Shown here: positions 20,705-30,152 of the stretch, in pieces | Layout: the number at the start of each line of letters is the position of its first letter | Position numbering within the stretch: the stretch's first letter is position 1 | Source: Candidatus Eiseniibacteriota bacterium | GTDB lineage: Bacteria > Eisenbacteria > RBG-16-71-46 > JABDJR01 | Length of the DNA stretch: 64,000 nt | Assembly (NCBI GenBank): GCA_963762255.1 | Contig: CAVXKA010000002.1 | Span: 128,001-192,000, forward strand | Direction of reading: 5' to 3' | Notes under the pieces: model-generated | What the model was told of the DNA's origin: nothing | The model's database searches: none | The model's input: the letters and a program-made list of their open reading frames with translations, nothing else | Translations under genes and position numbers: made by a program

Positions 20705-21859
20705 ATGAAGCCGTCGGAAATCCTCCTCCTGGCCATCTTCTCGCTCGCTTTGATCGCCCTGCTCTGGCTCCTGTGGGCCTGGGTTCGGGTGCAGCGACGC
20801 CGAGCGGCCCCTCCTCTGGCCCCCTATACGCAGGCGCTTTCCGCTCTGGTCGGCGGGGACCGCGTCGAGGCGCTGCGCCGGCTCAAGGAGGCGGTGCAAC
20901 TCGACTCCGAGAACCTGGATGCGTACGTGCGGCTCGGCGATCTCCTGCGCGAGAGCGGCCAAGTGCAGAAGGCGCTCGCCGTGCACCGCGACCTGACCGT
21001 GCGTCCGCGCCTGCAGGAGGCCGATCGGGTGCGCATCCTCGAAAGTCTCACGCGCGACTACCTCGCCGCGGATCGCTTCGAGGAGGCGGGCCAGAGCGCG
21101 GAGCGCCTGCGCCACATCGATCGCACCAATCGTTTCGGTGCGCGCGCCCTGCAACAGGTGGCGGAGGCTCTGCACGACTGGTCCCGCGCCCTCCAGGTGG
21201 TGGAGGAGCGGACGAAGCAGGAGGGGCTCGACAAGACCTCTCTGTCCCGCTACCGCGGATTCGTGGGGGCGGAGGAGCTGGCCGTCGGGCGGACCAAGGA
21301 GGCGCGCCAGCACTTCGAGGAAGCCCTCAAGCTCGACCCGGAATGCCTGCTCGCCGAGCTCTACCTCGGGGACATGGAAGAGACGGAAGGGCGCATGGAC
21401 AAGGCGGTGGATCACTGGCGCAACGTGGCCCTCAAGGCCCCGCAGCACGCCGACCTCGTCTTCGATCGTCTCGAGCGCGCGTTCTTCGAGCTGGGCAACT
21501 ACGGCGAGGTCGTCTCGTTTTATCGGGAGCTGCTGGACCGGTCGCCGCGCGAGGCATCGGTGCCCGCCCTCCTCGCACTCGCCGAGATCCATCGCCGCAA
21601 GGGGGATCTCGTGGAAGCCGAGGCCTTCATCCAGGAAGCGCTCGAAGTGGATCCCGACCACATGCGGGCGCGCCGACAACTCGTGAAGCTCGCCCTGGAT
21701 CGGCGGGATCCTCACGCGGCGCTCATCCACGTGGATCGTCTCCTCTCGAACATGGAGCGCGGCGAGGGGCCCGGGAATTGCCGCCACTGCAGCCGCCCCC
21801 TCGATCGCGCTCTCTGGCGTTGCCCGCACTGCCGGGGGCTCAACCCCCTGGGGCTCTAG
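20705..21859 (+). CDS. lapB: LapB-like TPR protein with rubredoxin-type C-terminus
   Basis: N-terminal TM, TPRs, LGDLLRESGQVQKALAVH, C-terminal CRHC...WRCPHC. Confidence 0.85.
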   Translation: MKPSEILLLAIFSLALIALLWLLWAWVRVQRRRAAPPLAPYTQALSALVGGDRVEALRRLKEAVQLDSENLDAYVRLGDLLRESGQVQKALAVHRDLTVRPRLQEADRVRILESLTRDYLAADRFEEAGQSAERLRHIDRTNRFGARALQQVAEALHDWSRALQVVEERTKQEGLDKTSLSRYRGFVGAEELAVGRTKEARQHFEEALKLDPECLLAELYLGDMEETEGRMDKAVDHWRNVALKAPQHADLVFDRLERAFFELGNYGEVVSFYRELLDRSPREASVPALLALAEIHRRKGDLVEAEAFIQEALEVDPDHMRARRQLVKLALDRRDPHAALIHVDRLLSNMERGEGPGNCRHCSRPLDRALWRCPHCRGLNPLGL

Positions 21860-21860
21860 G

Positions 21861-22979
21861 GTGCGACGGTCGCTCCCTTGGGTCGCCGCGTCGATCGTTC
21901 TGCTCGGCGCCGCTGCGGGGCAGGCAGCATCCATCGGAGATGTGCGCGTTTTGCTCGACCGCGGTGAGCGCGCGCAGGCCCGCGAGACGCTCGACGCGAT
22001 GCTTGGCGGCCAAGGCGGGCTTGACGGGGAGGCGCGCGACGAGGCCGCCATCCTTCGCGCCGATCTCGAAGAGGACGGCGCGCTCTACGAAGAGCGCCTG
22101 CGTGAGCTGCTGGACGACGGCGGCAGCCCAGCGCGGGAGGCCCGCCTGCGGCTGGCGCTCGGGCACGCGCTCTTCGCGCGCGGGGAGATCCATCTCGCGC
22201 TCGGTCAGTTTCAGAAGGGGCGCGAAAAAGGACTCATCGAGGAAGGCAGCCTCTGGGAGGGCATGTGCGCTCTCGCACTGGGCGACCCTCCTTCGGCTCG
22301 CGAGGCGCTCGACCGGGCGGCGTTCTCGGGGAACCCCGCGACGCGTCAGCGCGCGCTCCTCGCTCTCGGCGACTCCTACCGCCTGGCCGGGGATCCGGAA
22401 GAAGCAATGGCCTGGTATCGGCGAGTCACCGACGACTCCGCCGACGGACCGGGTTGGTCGGCGAGCGCCCGACTCCATCACGCGGAGTGCCTGCGCACTT
22501 TGAAGCGCGACGACGAGGCGCAGGAGATTCTGCGCGAGTTGCTCGACACCGCGCCCGCTTCCTACGACGCGCCCGCGGCCCGCGCGCTGCTACGCGCGCT
22601 CACCCCCGCGCCGCCGGCTCCGCAACCGGTGTCCGACGTCGTTGAGCCTTCCGCGGAGCCGCCTTCCGGTGCGCTTCCAGATTCCGCGGTCGTCACGCCG
22701 CCGACCGACGACGCGACGGACGGTTCGGGCGATGCGCCTGCGGCCGGCACCTTCGCCGTCCAGCTCGGCGCGTTCACTTCGGAGGAGAACGCGGTGGCGC
22801 TGGCCGCCGCGGCGCGGGAGCGCACCGACCGCCGGGTGCGCATCCTGAAGGGGAGCGACGGGCTGCTTCGCGTGGTCGTCGGGGACTTCTCCGATCACGC
22901 CGCGGCAGGCGCCTTCGGAGACTCCCTGAGCTCGGCGATCGGCGCGAACGCGTCCGTCGTGCCCGCCCCCGGAGACTGA
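21861..22979 (+). CDS. Exported TPR protein with C-terminal SPOR domain
   Basis: Signal peptide, TPR helices, Pro-rich linker, FAVQLGAFTSEENA...LRVVVGDF. Confidence 0.85.
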   Translation: MRRSLPWVAASIVLLGAAAGQAASIGDVRVLLDRGERAQARETLDAMLGGQGGLDGEARDEAAILRADLEEDGALYEERLRELLDDGGSPAREARLRLALGHALFARGEIHLALGQFQKGREKGLIEEGSLWEGMCALALGDPPSAREALDRAAFSGNPATRQRALLALGDSYRLAGDPEEAMAWYRRVTDDSADGPGWSASARLHHAECLRTLKRDDEAQEILRELLDTAPASYDAPAARALLRALTPAPPAPQPVSDVVEPSAEPPSGALPDSAVVTPPTDDATDGSGDAPAAGTFAVQLGAFTSEENAVALAAAARERTDRRVRILKGSDGLLRVVVGDFSDHAAAGAFGDSLSSAIGANASVVPAPGD

Positions 22980-22980
22980 C

Positions 22981-25572
22981 GTGGCACGCGCGCCCAGCCC
23001 CTCGGAAACCCCGGTGATGCGTCAGTATCTTTCCTTCAAGGAGCGGCACCCGGACGCCATCCTCTTCTTCCGCATGGGCGATTTCTACGAGATGTTCTTC
23101 GCCGACGCGGAGCTCGCCGCCCGGGAACTCGGCCTCACGCTCACCTCACGCGACAAGGGGAGAGAGGGCTCGGTGCCCATGGCGGGGGTGCCGCACCACG
23201 CCGCGGAGGGCTATATCGCCCGGCTCGTGCGCAAGGGGTATCGGGTGGCGGTGTGCGAGCAGCTCGGCGATCCGGCGAAGACGCGTGGGATCGTGGACCG
23301 CGGGGTGGTCGAGGTGATCACGCCTGGCACCGCGCTCAGTGACGCGCTCGTCTCCGAGACCGTCAACAACTACGTGGCCGCCGCGCACCGCGCGCGGGAT
23401 GTGGTGGGGTTCGCCGCCGCGGACATCACGACGGGTGAGTTCTTCCTGGAGGATTTCCCACTCGAACGCTTCGAGCAGGACGTGGCCCGGCTCTCGATCG
23501 CGGAGTGGGTGGTGCCGGACGGAGAAGAGATGTTCGCGCTCCCCCGAGACGCCGCGCCCCCCGTCCGACGGCCGGGCTGGTGGTTCGACGAAACGCGGGG
23601 GCGGCGCGAGCTGGAGGCGCACTTCCGCGTGCAGAGTCTCGCCGGCTTCGACTGCCACGACCTCGGTCCGGCCGTCGGCGCGGGGGGCGCGCTTCTCGAC
23701 TACTTGCGCGAGGTGCGAGGTCCCGAGCTGCGTCACGTGGTGCGCGCGAGGCGTCTGGGCGCCCGCGACTTCATGGTGCTCGACGCCACCACGCGGCGCA
23801 ACCTCGAGCTCACCGCCTCGCTCCTCGGCGAGGGGCGCGATCTCACGCTGCTCGGCGCCATCGACCGCACGCTCACGAGCCTCGGCGCGCGCCGGCTGCG
23901 CGCGTGGCTGGAGCGCCCTCTCGTCCGGCGCGAGGCGATCGAGGCTCGGCTCGATGCGGTCGAGGAGTTGGTGAACCGGACCGAGGAGACGGAGCTTCTC
24001 GCCGAAACCCTTCGCCGGTTCCGCGATCTCGAGCGGCTGCTGGGCAAGGCGGCGTGCGGCAAGGCCTCGCCGAGGGATCTGCGGGCGCTCGGCGAGGGAG
24101 CGCTGGCCACCCCGGAACTGCGCGAGCGCCTCGGCATGTTCCGCGCCGCGGTGCTGCACGACTTCGCGACCGCTGCGCCGGACCTGTCGGCCCTCGGCCG
24201 GCGCCTCGACGAGGCCCTCGTGGACGCCCCGCCGCTCGCCGTAGGAGAGGGAGGCGTCTTCCGACCGGGCTGGAACGCGGAGCTCGACGCGCTTCGCGAC
24301 CGCTCCCGGGGGGGCAAGGACTGGATCGCGCGCCTGCAGGAACAGGAACGCCAGGCGACCGGCATCGCGACGCTCAAGGTGGGCTACAACCGGGTGTTCG
24401 GCTACTACCTCGAGGTCACCTCCGCGCAGCAGGACAAGGTGCCGCCGCACTATATCCGCAAGCAGACGCTGGTCAACGCGGAGCGCTACGTCACGCCCGA
24501 GTTGAAAGAGGAGGAGGAACGCATCCTCGGCGCCGAGGAGCGCCTTCGCGCGCTGGAGATCGAGCTCTTCGCCGCGCTGCGCAACGAGGCGGTCGATTGT
24601 GCCGGAGACATTCAGTCGGTGGCGGAGGCGGTGGGAGCTTCGGATGCGCTGCAAGGGCTGGCGCGGGCTGCCCGCGAGGGACGCTACGTCCGCCCGGAGA
24701 TCGTCGAGGAACCGGTGCTCGACCTGCGCGACGCGCGCCACCCGGTGGTGGAGCGGCTGCTGGCCGCGGGAGAGTTCGTTCCCAACGACCTCGCCCTGGA
24801 CGCCTCGGCGCGCCAGATCGCCATCATCACCGGACCCAACATGGCCGGCAAGTCCACCTTCCTGCGCCAGGCGGGCCTTCTCACCCTTCTCGCGCAGATG
24901 GGCTCGTTCGTTCCCGCCACGCGCGCGAAGGTGGGGATCGTTGACCGTGTCTTCACGCGCGTGGGCGCCTCGGACAACATCGCGCGCGGCCAGTCCACGT
25001 TCATGGTGGAGATGGAGGAGACCGCCACCATCCTCAACGCGGCCACCGGACGGAGCCTCGTCCTCCTCGACGAAGTCGGCCGCGGGACGAGCACCTACGA
25101 CGGGCTAAGCCTCGCCTGGGCGGTGACCGAACACCTTCATGAGCGGCGGGAAGGACGTCCCCGCACGCTCTTCGCCACCCATTATCATGAGCTGACCGCG
25201 CTCGGGGAGCATCTTCCGCGGGTGGTGAACCTGAACGTGCAAGTCAAAGAGTGGAACGGCAAGGTGATCTTCCTGCGGAAGATCGTCGAGGGCGCCGCCG
25301 ACAAGAGCTACGGGATCCACGTCGCCGAGCTGGCCGGCCTGCCGGCGGAAGTGGTGGCGCGCGCCAAAGAGGTGCTGGCGAAACTGGAGGAGGGGCGCTT
25401 CGCACGCACCGCGGGTGACACGCGATCGCCGGAGCCCCAGCTCACGCTTTTCGAGCCGGTCGGTCACGAACTGCTGGACGCGCTGGCCGACCTGCGACCG
25501 GAGGCGATGACCCCGCTGGACGCGTTGGCGCTTCTCACCGCGTGGAAGAAACACTATGGAGGACCTTCGTGA
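22981..25572 (+). CDS. mutS: DNA mismatch repair protein MutS
   Basis: TPVMRQY, FFRMGDFYEMF, TGPNMAGKST, STFMVEM, DEVGRGTST, SYGIHVA. Confidence 0.98.
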   Translation: MARAPSPSETPVMRQYLSFKERHPDAILFFRMGDFYEMFFADAELAARELGLTLTSRDKGREGSVPMAGVPHHAAEGYIARLVRKGYRVAVCEQLGDPAKTRGIVDRGVVEVITPGTALSDALVSETVNNYVAAAHRARDVVGFAAADITTGEFFLEDFPLERFEQDVARLSIAEWVVPDGEEMFALPRDAAPPVRRPGWWFDETRGRRELEAHFRVQSLAGFDCHDLGPAVGAGGALLDYLREVRGPELRHVVRARRLGARDFMVLDATTRRNLELTASLLGEGRDLTLLGAIDRTLTSLGARRLRAWLERPLVRREAIEARLDAVEELVNRTEETELLAETLRRFRDLERLLGKAACGKASPRDLRALGEGALATPELRERLGMFRAAVLHDFATAAPDLSALGRRLDEALVDAPPLAVGEGGVFRPGWNAELDALRDRSRGGKDWIARLQEQERQATGIATLKVGYNRVFGYYLEVTSAQQDKVPPHYIRKQTLVNAERYVTPELKEEEERILGAEERLRALEIELFAALRNEAVDCAGDIQSVAEAVGASDALQGLARAAREGRYVRPEIVEEPVLDLRDARHPVVERLLAAGEFVPNDLALDASARQIAIITGPNMAGKSTFLRQAGLLTLLAQMGSFVPATRAKVGIVDRVFTRVGASDNIARGQSTFMVEMEETATILNAATGRSLVLLDEVGRGTSTYDGLSLAWAVTEHLHERREGRPRTLFATHYHELTALGEHLPRVVNLNVQVKEWNGKVIFLRKIVEGAADKSYGIHVAELAGLPAEVVARAKEVLAKLEEGRFARTAGDTRSPEPQLTLFEPVGHELLDALADLRPEAMTPLDALALLTAWKKHYGGPS

Positions 25573-28121
25573 TGCGAACTCCTTGGCGATGCCGGTGGCA
25601 GACGGGGTTGGCGGCCGCGCTTGCGGGGGTGCTGGGAAGCATGTCGGTGATCGTATCGGCGAGCGCGGCTGACGCGCCCGCGCGTCTCGATTCGCGGCTT
25701 CGGCTCGCCGCGTCGCGCCACGTGGCCGCGGCGCTCGCGCCTTCCTCGAGGCAGGAGGGGGAGAGCCCGGCCCAATCTCCCCGGGTCTCGCTCTTCCTGA
25801 AAGGCGATCCCGACCTCGCAGCGCTGGACCGCCTGGGCGTTCGCCTGCGGACGCGCGTCGGCGATCTCTGGACCGCCGACGCCCCGCTCGACGCGGTGCC
25901 CGGTCTGACCCGCGTGCGCGGCCTCGCGGCGGCCTCCCTCGGCGCTCCCATGGTCACGTTGCTGGACGCCTCCGTGATCGCCGTGAACGCGGACACGCTG
26001 CGAGAGCGGGCGGGCGATGCCTGGTCGGGGCGGACCGGCGAGGGGGTTGTGGTTGGGATCGTGGACACGGGGATCGACTTCACCCACGAAGATTTCCAGC
26101 GACCCGACTGGACCACCCGGATTCTCTATCTCTGGGATCAGGATGACGTCGTCGGGCCGCCCCCGGGCCAGGAAGTCCTCACGGACGGGTACGGCACGGA
26201 ATGGACGTCCCTGCAGATCGACAACCCGGGCGTCTCGGTGCGCGCCAGAGACGAGGTGGGGCACGGGACGCGCGTGGCGGGAGTGGCCGCGGGCAACGGA
26301 CGCGCCTCCGATCTGGAAGAGCGGCGATACCAGTACGCCGGCATCGCACCGGAAGCGGACCTGATCGTGGTGAGCGTCAAGAACTTCGTGACCGACGCCG
26401 AGATCGTCGACGCGATCGGCTACATCTTTCGCCGCGCAGAACTGTTGGGGAGACCGGCGGTCGTCAACCTATCCCTCGGAACGCATTTCGGTCCGCACGA
26501 CGGCACCGGTTTTCTCGAGCAAGCCATCGACGGCCTCGTCGGTCCGGGTAGGCTCCTCGTGGCCGCCGCGGGGAACGAGGGGGACGACAGCGTTCACGCC
26601 GAGCTGCACGTGCCCGCATTCGGCGGAGACAGCGCCACGGTGGCGGTCGAAGCTCCGGCGGAAGTGGCCGTCGAACTCTTCAGCATCAACGCCTACTGTC
26701 GCCGCCCGGACTCCCTCGCCGTCACGCTGGTGAGCCCGGCGGGAAAGCGATTCGGCCCGTACCACCTGGGCGACGAGGAGGACCCGGGAAGGCTCACCGG
26801 AGAGGGAACTCTTGCTCTGCTCTATCAGGACGTCGATCCTGTGGGGAGCAACCTCGAGGTGCTCATCGATCTCAGCGATTACAATCCTTCGGGCAGCGGG
26901 ACGGTGCCTCCTCCGGCCAAGGGACTCTGGCGGGTTGTATTCACCGATCTGAACGGCGCTCCCGGAGGAGGTGAGGTCGATCTCTGGATCGCCCAGCACT
27001 ACCCGACATCCGCTCAAGCACACTGGCGGGGGCACGGCTACGATCCGACGGAGGAGATCGCGTCACCGGGTACCGCCATGCGGGTCATCACCGTCGGCTC
27101 CTTCAACAGCAAGCGCTGTTGGACCAACCCCAGCGATCAGTCGCAGTGCACAACCGCTCCCGAAGCGGTGAGCCAGATCGGGCAGGTCACGTTCTTCTCG
27201 AGCCGCGGTCCCACGCGCGACGGACGGCTGAAGCCGGAACTCTGCGCACCCGGTTTCATAGTCGCCTCGGCCTTCTCGCATCAGATGGACCCCACGTTGC
27301 CGGCGATGGGGTTGGGCCAGACCGTGGACCCCGACGGCCAGCACGCGGTCTTCGCGGGAACGAGCATCGCCGCGCCTCACGTGACCGGGGCGTTCGCGCT
27401 CCTGCTCGAGACGATGCCCACCATTACACCGGAGGAGACGATGACGCGCGTGCGCTCCTCGGTGCGCACCGACGAGTTCACCGGCCCGGTGTGGAGCGCC
27501 GCGGGAGGGTTCGGGAAGCTGGACGTGGGCCGGCTGGTCGATCCAGCGCTGGTCCCGGTGTTGGAGCGTCGCTTCCTCGTCTCGACCGGCGAAGGCGGGC
27601 TCCCGGTCCTGTCCTGGGAGGCGCTCCCCGAGGACCCGACGATCGCCTTCACGTTGCAGCGGAGCGACGGCGGTCCCGACTGGAGCGACCGCGCGTTCTT
27701 CACCGGCCCCGGCCCGCACCTCTGGCAGGAGCGGATGCCGACCCCCGACGGCACACGGTATCGGCTGCTGGGACGGACTCGCTCCGGCGAGAGCGTTCTC
27801 TGGGGGGAGACGGCCTGGTGGGGGAGCGCCCGCCAACCCGGGCTTGTCCTGGCCCCGCCGATGTCGAACCCGTTCCGCTCCACCGCCGAGGTAGCGTTCC
27901 GACTGGATGGGGCGACCGGCCCCGTGCCGCTGCGAGCGTCGATCCGCGACGCGGCGGGGCGTCTCGTTCGCCTCCTCGGTGAGGTGATGACCTTCGGAAG
28001 CGGCAGCGTGCGATGGGACGGCCGCGACGATCGCGGCACCGAGGTTCCCGCAGGGGTATATTGGCTCAGCGTGGAAGCGGGCCTCTTCGCGAGGTCTGTG
28101 AAGCTGGTTCGTTTGCCATGA
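25572..28121 (+). CDS. Secreted S8 subtilisin-like peptidase with FlgD-Ig/T9SS-like C-terminal domain
   Basis: Catalytic triad motifs VDTGID, HGTRVAG and GTSIAAPHV; C-terminal SNPF...DAAGRLV...WDGRDDRG...VPAGVY. Confidence 0.9.
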   Translation: MRTPWRCRWQTGLAAALAGVLGSMSVIVSASAADAPARLDSRLRLAASRHVAAALAPSSRQEGESPAQSPRVSLFLKGDPDLAALDRLGVRLRTRVGDLWTADAPLDAVPGLTRVRGLAAASLGAPMVTLLDASVIAVNADTLRERAGDAWSGRTGEGVVVGIVDTGIDFTHEDFQRPDWTTRILYLWDQDDVVGPPPGQEVLTDGYGTEWTSLQIDNPGVSVRARDEVGHGTRVAGVAAGNGRASDLEERRYQYAGIAPEADLIVVSVKNFVTDAEIVDAIGYIFRRAELLGRPAVVNLSLGTHFGPHDGTGFLEQAIDGLVGPGRLLVAAAGNEGDDSVHAELHVPAFGGDSATVAVEAPAEVAVELFSINAYCRRPDSLAVTLVSPAGKRFGPYHLGDEEDPGRLTGEGTLALLYQDVDPVGSNLEVLIDLSDYNPSGSGTVPPPAKGLWRVVFTDLNGAPGGGEVDLWIAQHYPTSAQAHWRGHGYDPTEEIASPGTAMRVITVGSFNSKRCWTNPSDQSQCTTAPEAVSQIGQVTFFSSRGPTRDGRLKPELCAPGFIVASAFSHQMDPTLPAMGLGQTVDPDGQHAVFAGTSIAAPHVTGAFALLLETMPTITPEETMTRVRSSVRTDEFTGPVWSAAGGFGKLDVGRLVDPALVPVLERRFLVSTGEGGLPVLSWEALPEDPTIAFTLQRSDGGPDWSDRAFFTGPGPHLWQERMPTPDGTRYRLLGRTRSGESVLWGETAWWGSARQPGLVLAPPMSNPFRSTAEVAFRLDGATGPVPLRASIRDAAGRLVRLLGEVMTFGSGSVRWDGRDDRGTEVPAGVYWLSVEAGLFARSVKLVRLP

Positions 28122-28775
28122 ACGGAGGGGGCATGATCACGCGCGTTCTTCTGGTGACGCTGGCGATGAGCGGGGCGGCGGCGGTCGCCTGGGCAGAGGC
28201 GCCCATCGTTCCCACGCCGCATATCTATCTGAGCCCCACGGCCGGGATCGCGCGTTGGGACAAGCACTCCTTCGAGAGTGCGGAGGTACCCGATCGCACA
28301 GCCCCTCTCTACGGGGGGCGAGTCGGGTACACCCCGATCGAGGCGTTCTCCGCCGAGGTCGTTCTGTTGACCGGCCGCAACGATGTCGAGGTTGGGGGCA
28401 GCTCCCATTCGGTGAGGCTCACCTCCGCCGAGGCCTCCATGCTGGTCAACTTCAAGAACCCTCATGGACACGCCGGTCTATCCATTCCTTGCGCTGGGGG
28501 CTGGAGCGTCGATTCGCAGGGGGCCCGCCGTCGTTCTTCCCGAAGCGTACGACTTCGACGATACGCATCTCAGCTTCCACCTCGGCGGGGGGGCGAAGGT
28601 GGATCTGGCCCCTCGGTGGGGAGCGCGACTCATCGTGCGCGATACGTTCTTCACCGACACCCAGGTCGAGGAGAATCGTGAGACGCAGGTGACGGTGGAC
28701 GTGGTGGAGGTGAGCGCCTCGATCGAGTACCGCATCCCATTGGGGCGTGGCGGAGGTCCGAAGCGGCTGCGGTGA
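28118..28775 (+). pseudogene. Outer-membrane beta-barrel (OmpA-like) protein interrupted by a one-base frameshift near 28457
   Basis: Frame 1 gives a signal peptide and GGRVGY...SAEV strands. Frame 2 (from 28458) gives TPVYPFLALGAG...HLGGGAK...SIEYRI. Removing one A in TTCAAGAACC fuses them. Confidence 0.7.
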
Positions 28776-28837
28776 TTGGATCCCGCGGGCGTCGGCAAGT
28801 TGCTTTCCATCGAGATGGAGGATTTTGGGCGGCTCCA

Positions 28838-28866
28838 TTGACAGTTGGCAGGATTGCACTTAGATT
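28838..28866 (+). promoter_or_regulatory. Sigma70 promoter
   Basis: TTGACA-N17-TAGATT. Confidence 0.75.
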
Positions 28867-29059
28867 GAGTTGAACCGAACGGGACCACGCCGACTCGAAT
28901 GGGGGGTGTCGGGGTGGAGCGGAAGGGCAAGGCAGCAGCGATCAGACTCTGGCATTTCTGACCTCCTTAGCACCAGGGTTCGGTCGAAGACCCAACTGCC
29001 GCCCCGGCTCCCCACTACTTTGCTCCTTGGCTTGGTCGGTGGTTCCCTCGGTTGGACTC
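28867..29059 (+). ncRNA. Candidate 193-nt long-hairpin ncRNA or structured leader
   Basis: 28867-28894 pairs with 29035-29059. Further nested helices contain G-U pairs that favour the + strand. It lies directly after a consensus promoter. Confidence 0.55.
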
Positions 29060-29184
29060 TGGACCCTCCCCGGATTCTTCTCCCGCGTGATGCGGGCCTG
29101 CTGTCCGCTGCCTCGCCTCATCTGATACCATCAACGATTCAGACGCAGCCCCGGATCCTCGGGCTTGGGAGCGAGTGTACCGGC

Positions 29185-29643
29185 ATGTTATATCGATGGT
29201 TCCGCCGTCCGGCGGCTTGGCTTGCGGTCGTCGGCCTGCTGGCGCAGACCGCGTGCGCCGGGGGTGCCAAGACCCTGAACCTGGCCGACTTGGCCGATCC
29301 CAAGCCGGCCAGCGCCTATCTCGTTTTCCTGCGTGACGGAACTGCCCGAACCCTCATCTCTCTTCATCGGGAGGGAGATTGGCTCCTGGGCACCGAGCGA
29401 ATCACCGTGACGCAGACCCTCGGCGAGGGGGAGACCGTCCGCACGAACGTCACCAATCGCTATCAGGATGTGCGGCTTCCCATGGCGGAGGTGGAACGCG
29501 TCGACGCCGAGGGGAGTAAGGGGATGGACGGGAGCCTGTTCATGGCCGCCGGAGGCCTTATGCTCGGGGTGGCGGCTTTCATCCTCCTCACCCAGGATTC
29601 CGACCCGGCTTCCTCCGATGGGGGAGGCGTCAAGACAAAATGA
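29185..29643 (+). CDS. Hypothetical lipoprotein with C-terminal TM segment
   Basis: MLYRWFRR...LLAQTAC lipobox-like signal; hydrophobic C-terminal helix; GGGAG upstream. Confidence 0.7.
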   Translation: MLYRWFRRPAAWLAVVGLLAQTACAGGAKTLNLADLADPKPASAYLVFLRDGTARTLISLHREGDWLLGTERITVTQTLGEGETVRTNVTNRYQDVRLPMAEVERVDAEGSKGMDGSLFMAAGGLMLGVAAFILLTQDSDPASSDGGGVKTK

Positions 29644-29710
29644 AGCGGGCCGTCGGCGGCCATCACAAAGACATCAGCTTTGCAGTCAACTGGAAGGAGA
29701 TCGCTCTAGA

Positions 29711-30043
29711 ATGGGAAAGAACACGGTAGAGCTCACGGACGCCAACTTCGCCACGACGGTGGAGCAGTCTGAAGTGCCGGTGATGGTGGATTTCTGGGCG
29801 CCGTGGTGCGGGCCCTGCCGACTCGTCGGCCCCATCGTCGAGGAACTGGCCGAGACGTACACGGGCCGGTTGCAGGTGGGGAAGCTGAACACCGACGACA
29901 ACCCCGCGGTGGCCTCGCAGTTCAACATTCGCTCCATTCCCACGATCCTCTTCTTCAAGAACGGCCAGGTGGTGGATCACGTCGTGGGTGCGGTTCCCCG
30001 CGAGAAGCTGCAGAAGAAGGTGGATGAGATTCTGGGCGCCTGA
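29711..30043 (+). CDS. trxA: Thioredoxin
   Basis: VDFWAPWCGPC, IRSIPT; GGAAGGAG ribosome-binding site. Confidence 0.97.
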   Translation: MGKNTVELTDANFATTVEQSEVPVMVDFWAPWCGPCRLVGPIVEELAETYTGRLQVGKLNTDDNPAVASQFNIRSIPTILFFKNGQVVDHVVGAVPREKLQKKVDEILGA

Positions 30044-30063
30044 TACGGCGTCGAGCTCGAGCG

Positions 30064-30100
30064 CGCCCCGGGTCCACGGCGGGTCCGGGGCGTCTTCGTT
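30064..30100 (+). terminator. Intrinsic terminator after trxA
   Basis: CGCCCCGGGTCC-ACGGC-GGGTCCGGGGCG hairpin followed by TCTTCGTT. Confidence 0.6.
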
Positions 30101-30116
30101 CACCGCCGGAGGCGCG

Positions 30117-30145
30117 TTGAGCCTCTCGGGAGCGCGTGCTAGCGT
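30117..30145 (+). promoter_or_regulatory. Sigma70 promoter giving a probably leaderless transcript
   Basis: TTGAGC-N17-TAGCGT with TG extended -10; ATG follows after 7 nt; no Shine-Dalgarno. Confidence 0.6.
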
Positions 30146-30152
30146 CACGATC

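Noticed and set aside
28915-28940. GGAAGGGCAAGGCAGCAGC as an SRP RNA domain IV motif
   Set aside because: No CAGG-GNRA-AGCA symmetric loop arrangement could be built around it.
29665-29681. CAAAG-N7-CTTTG inverted repeat upstream of trxA as an operator
   Set aside because: Only 5 bp arms with no second copy seen; insufficient support.
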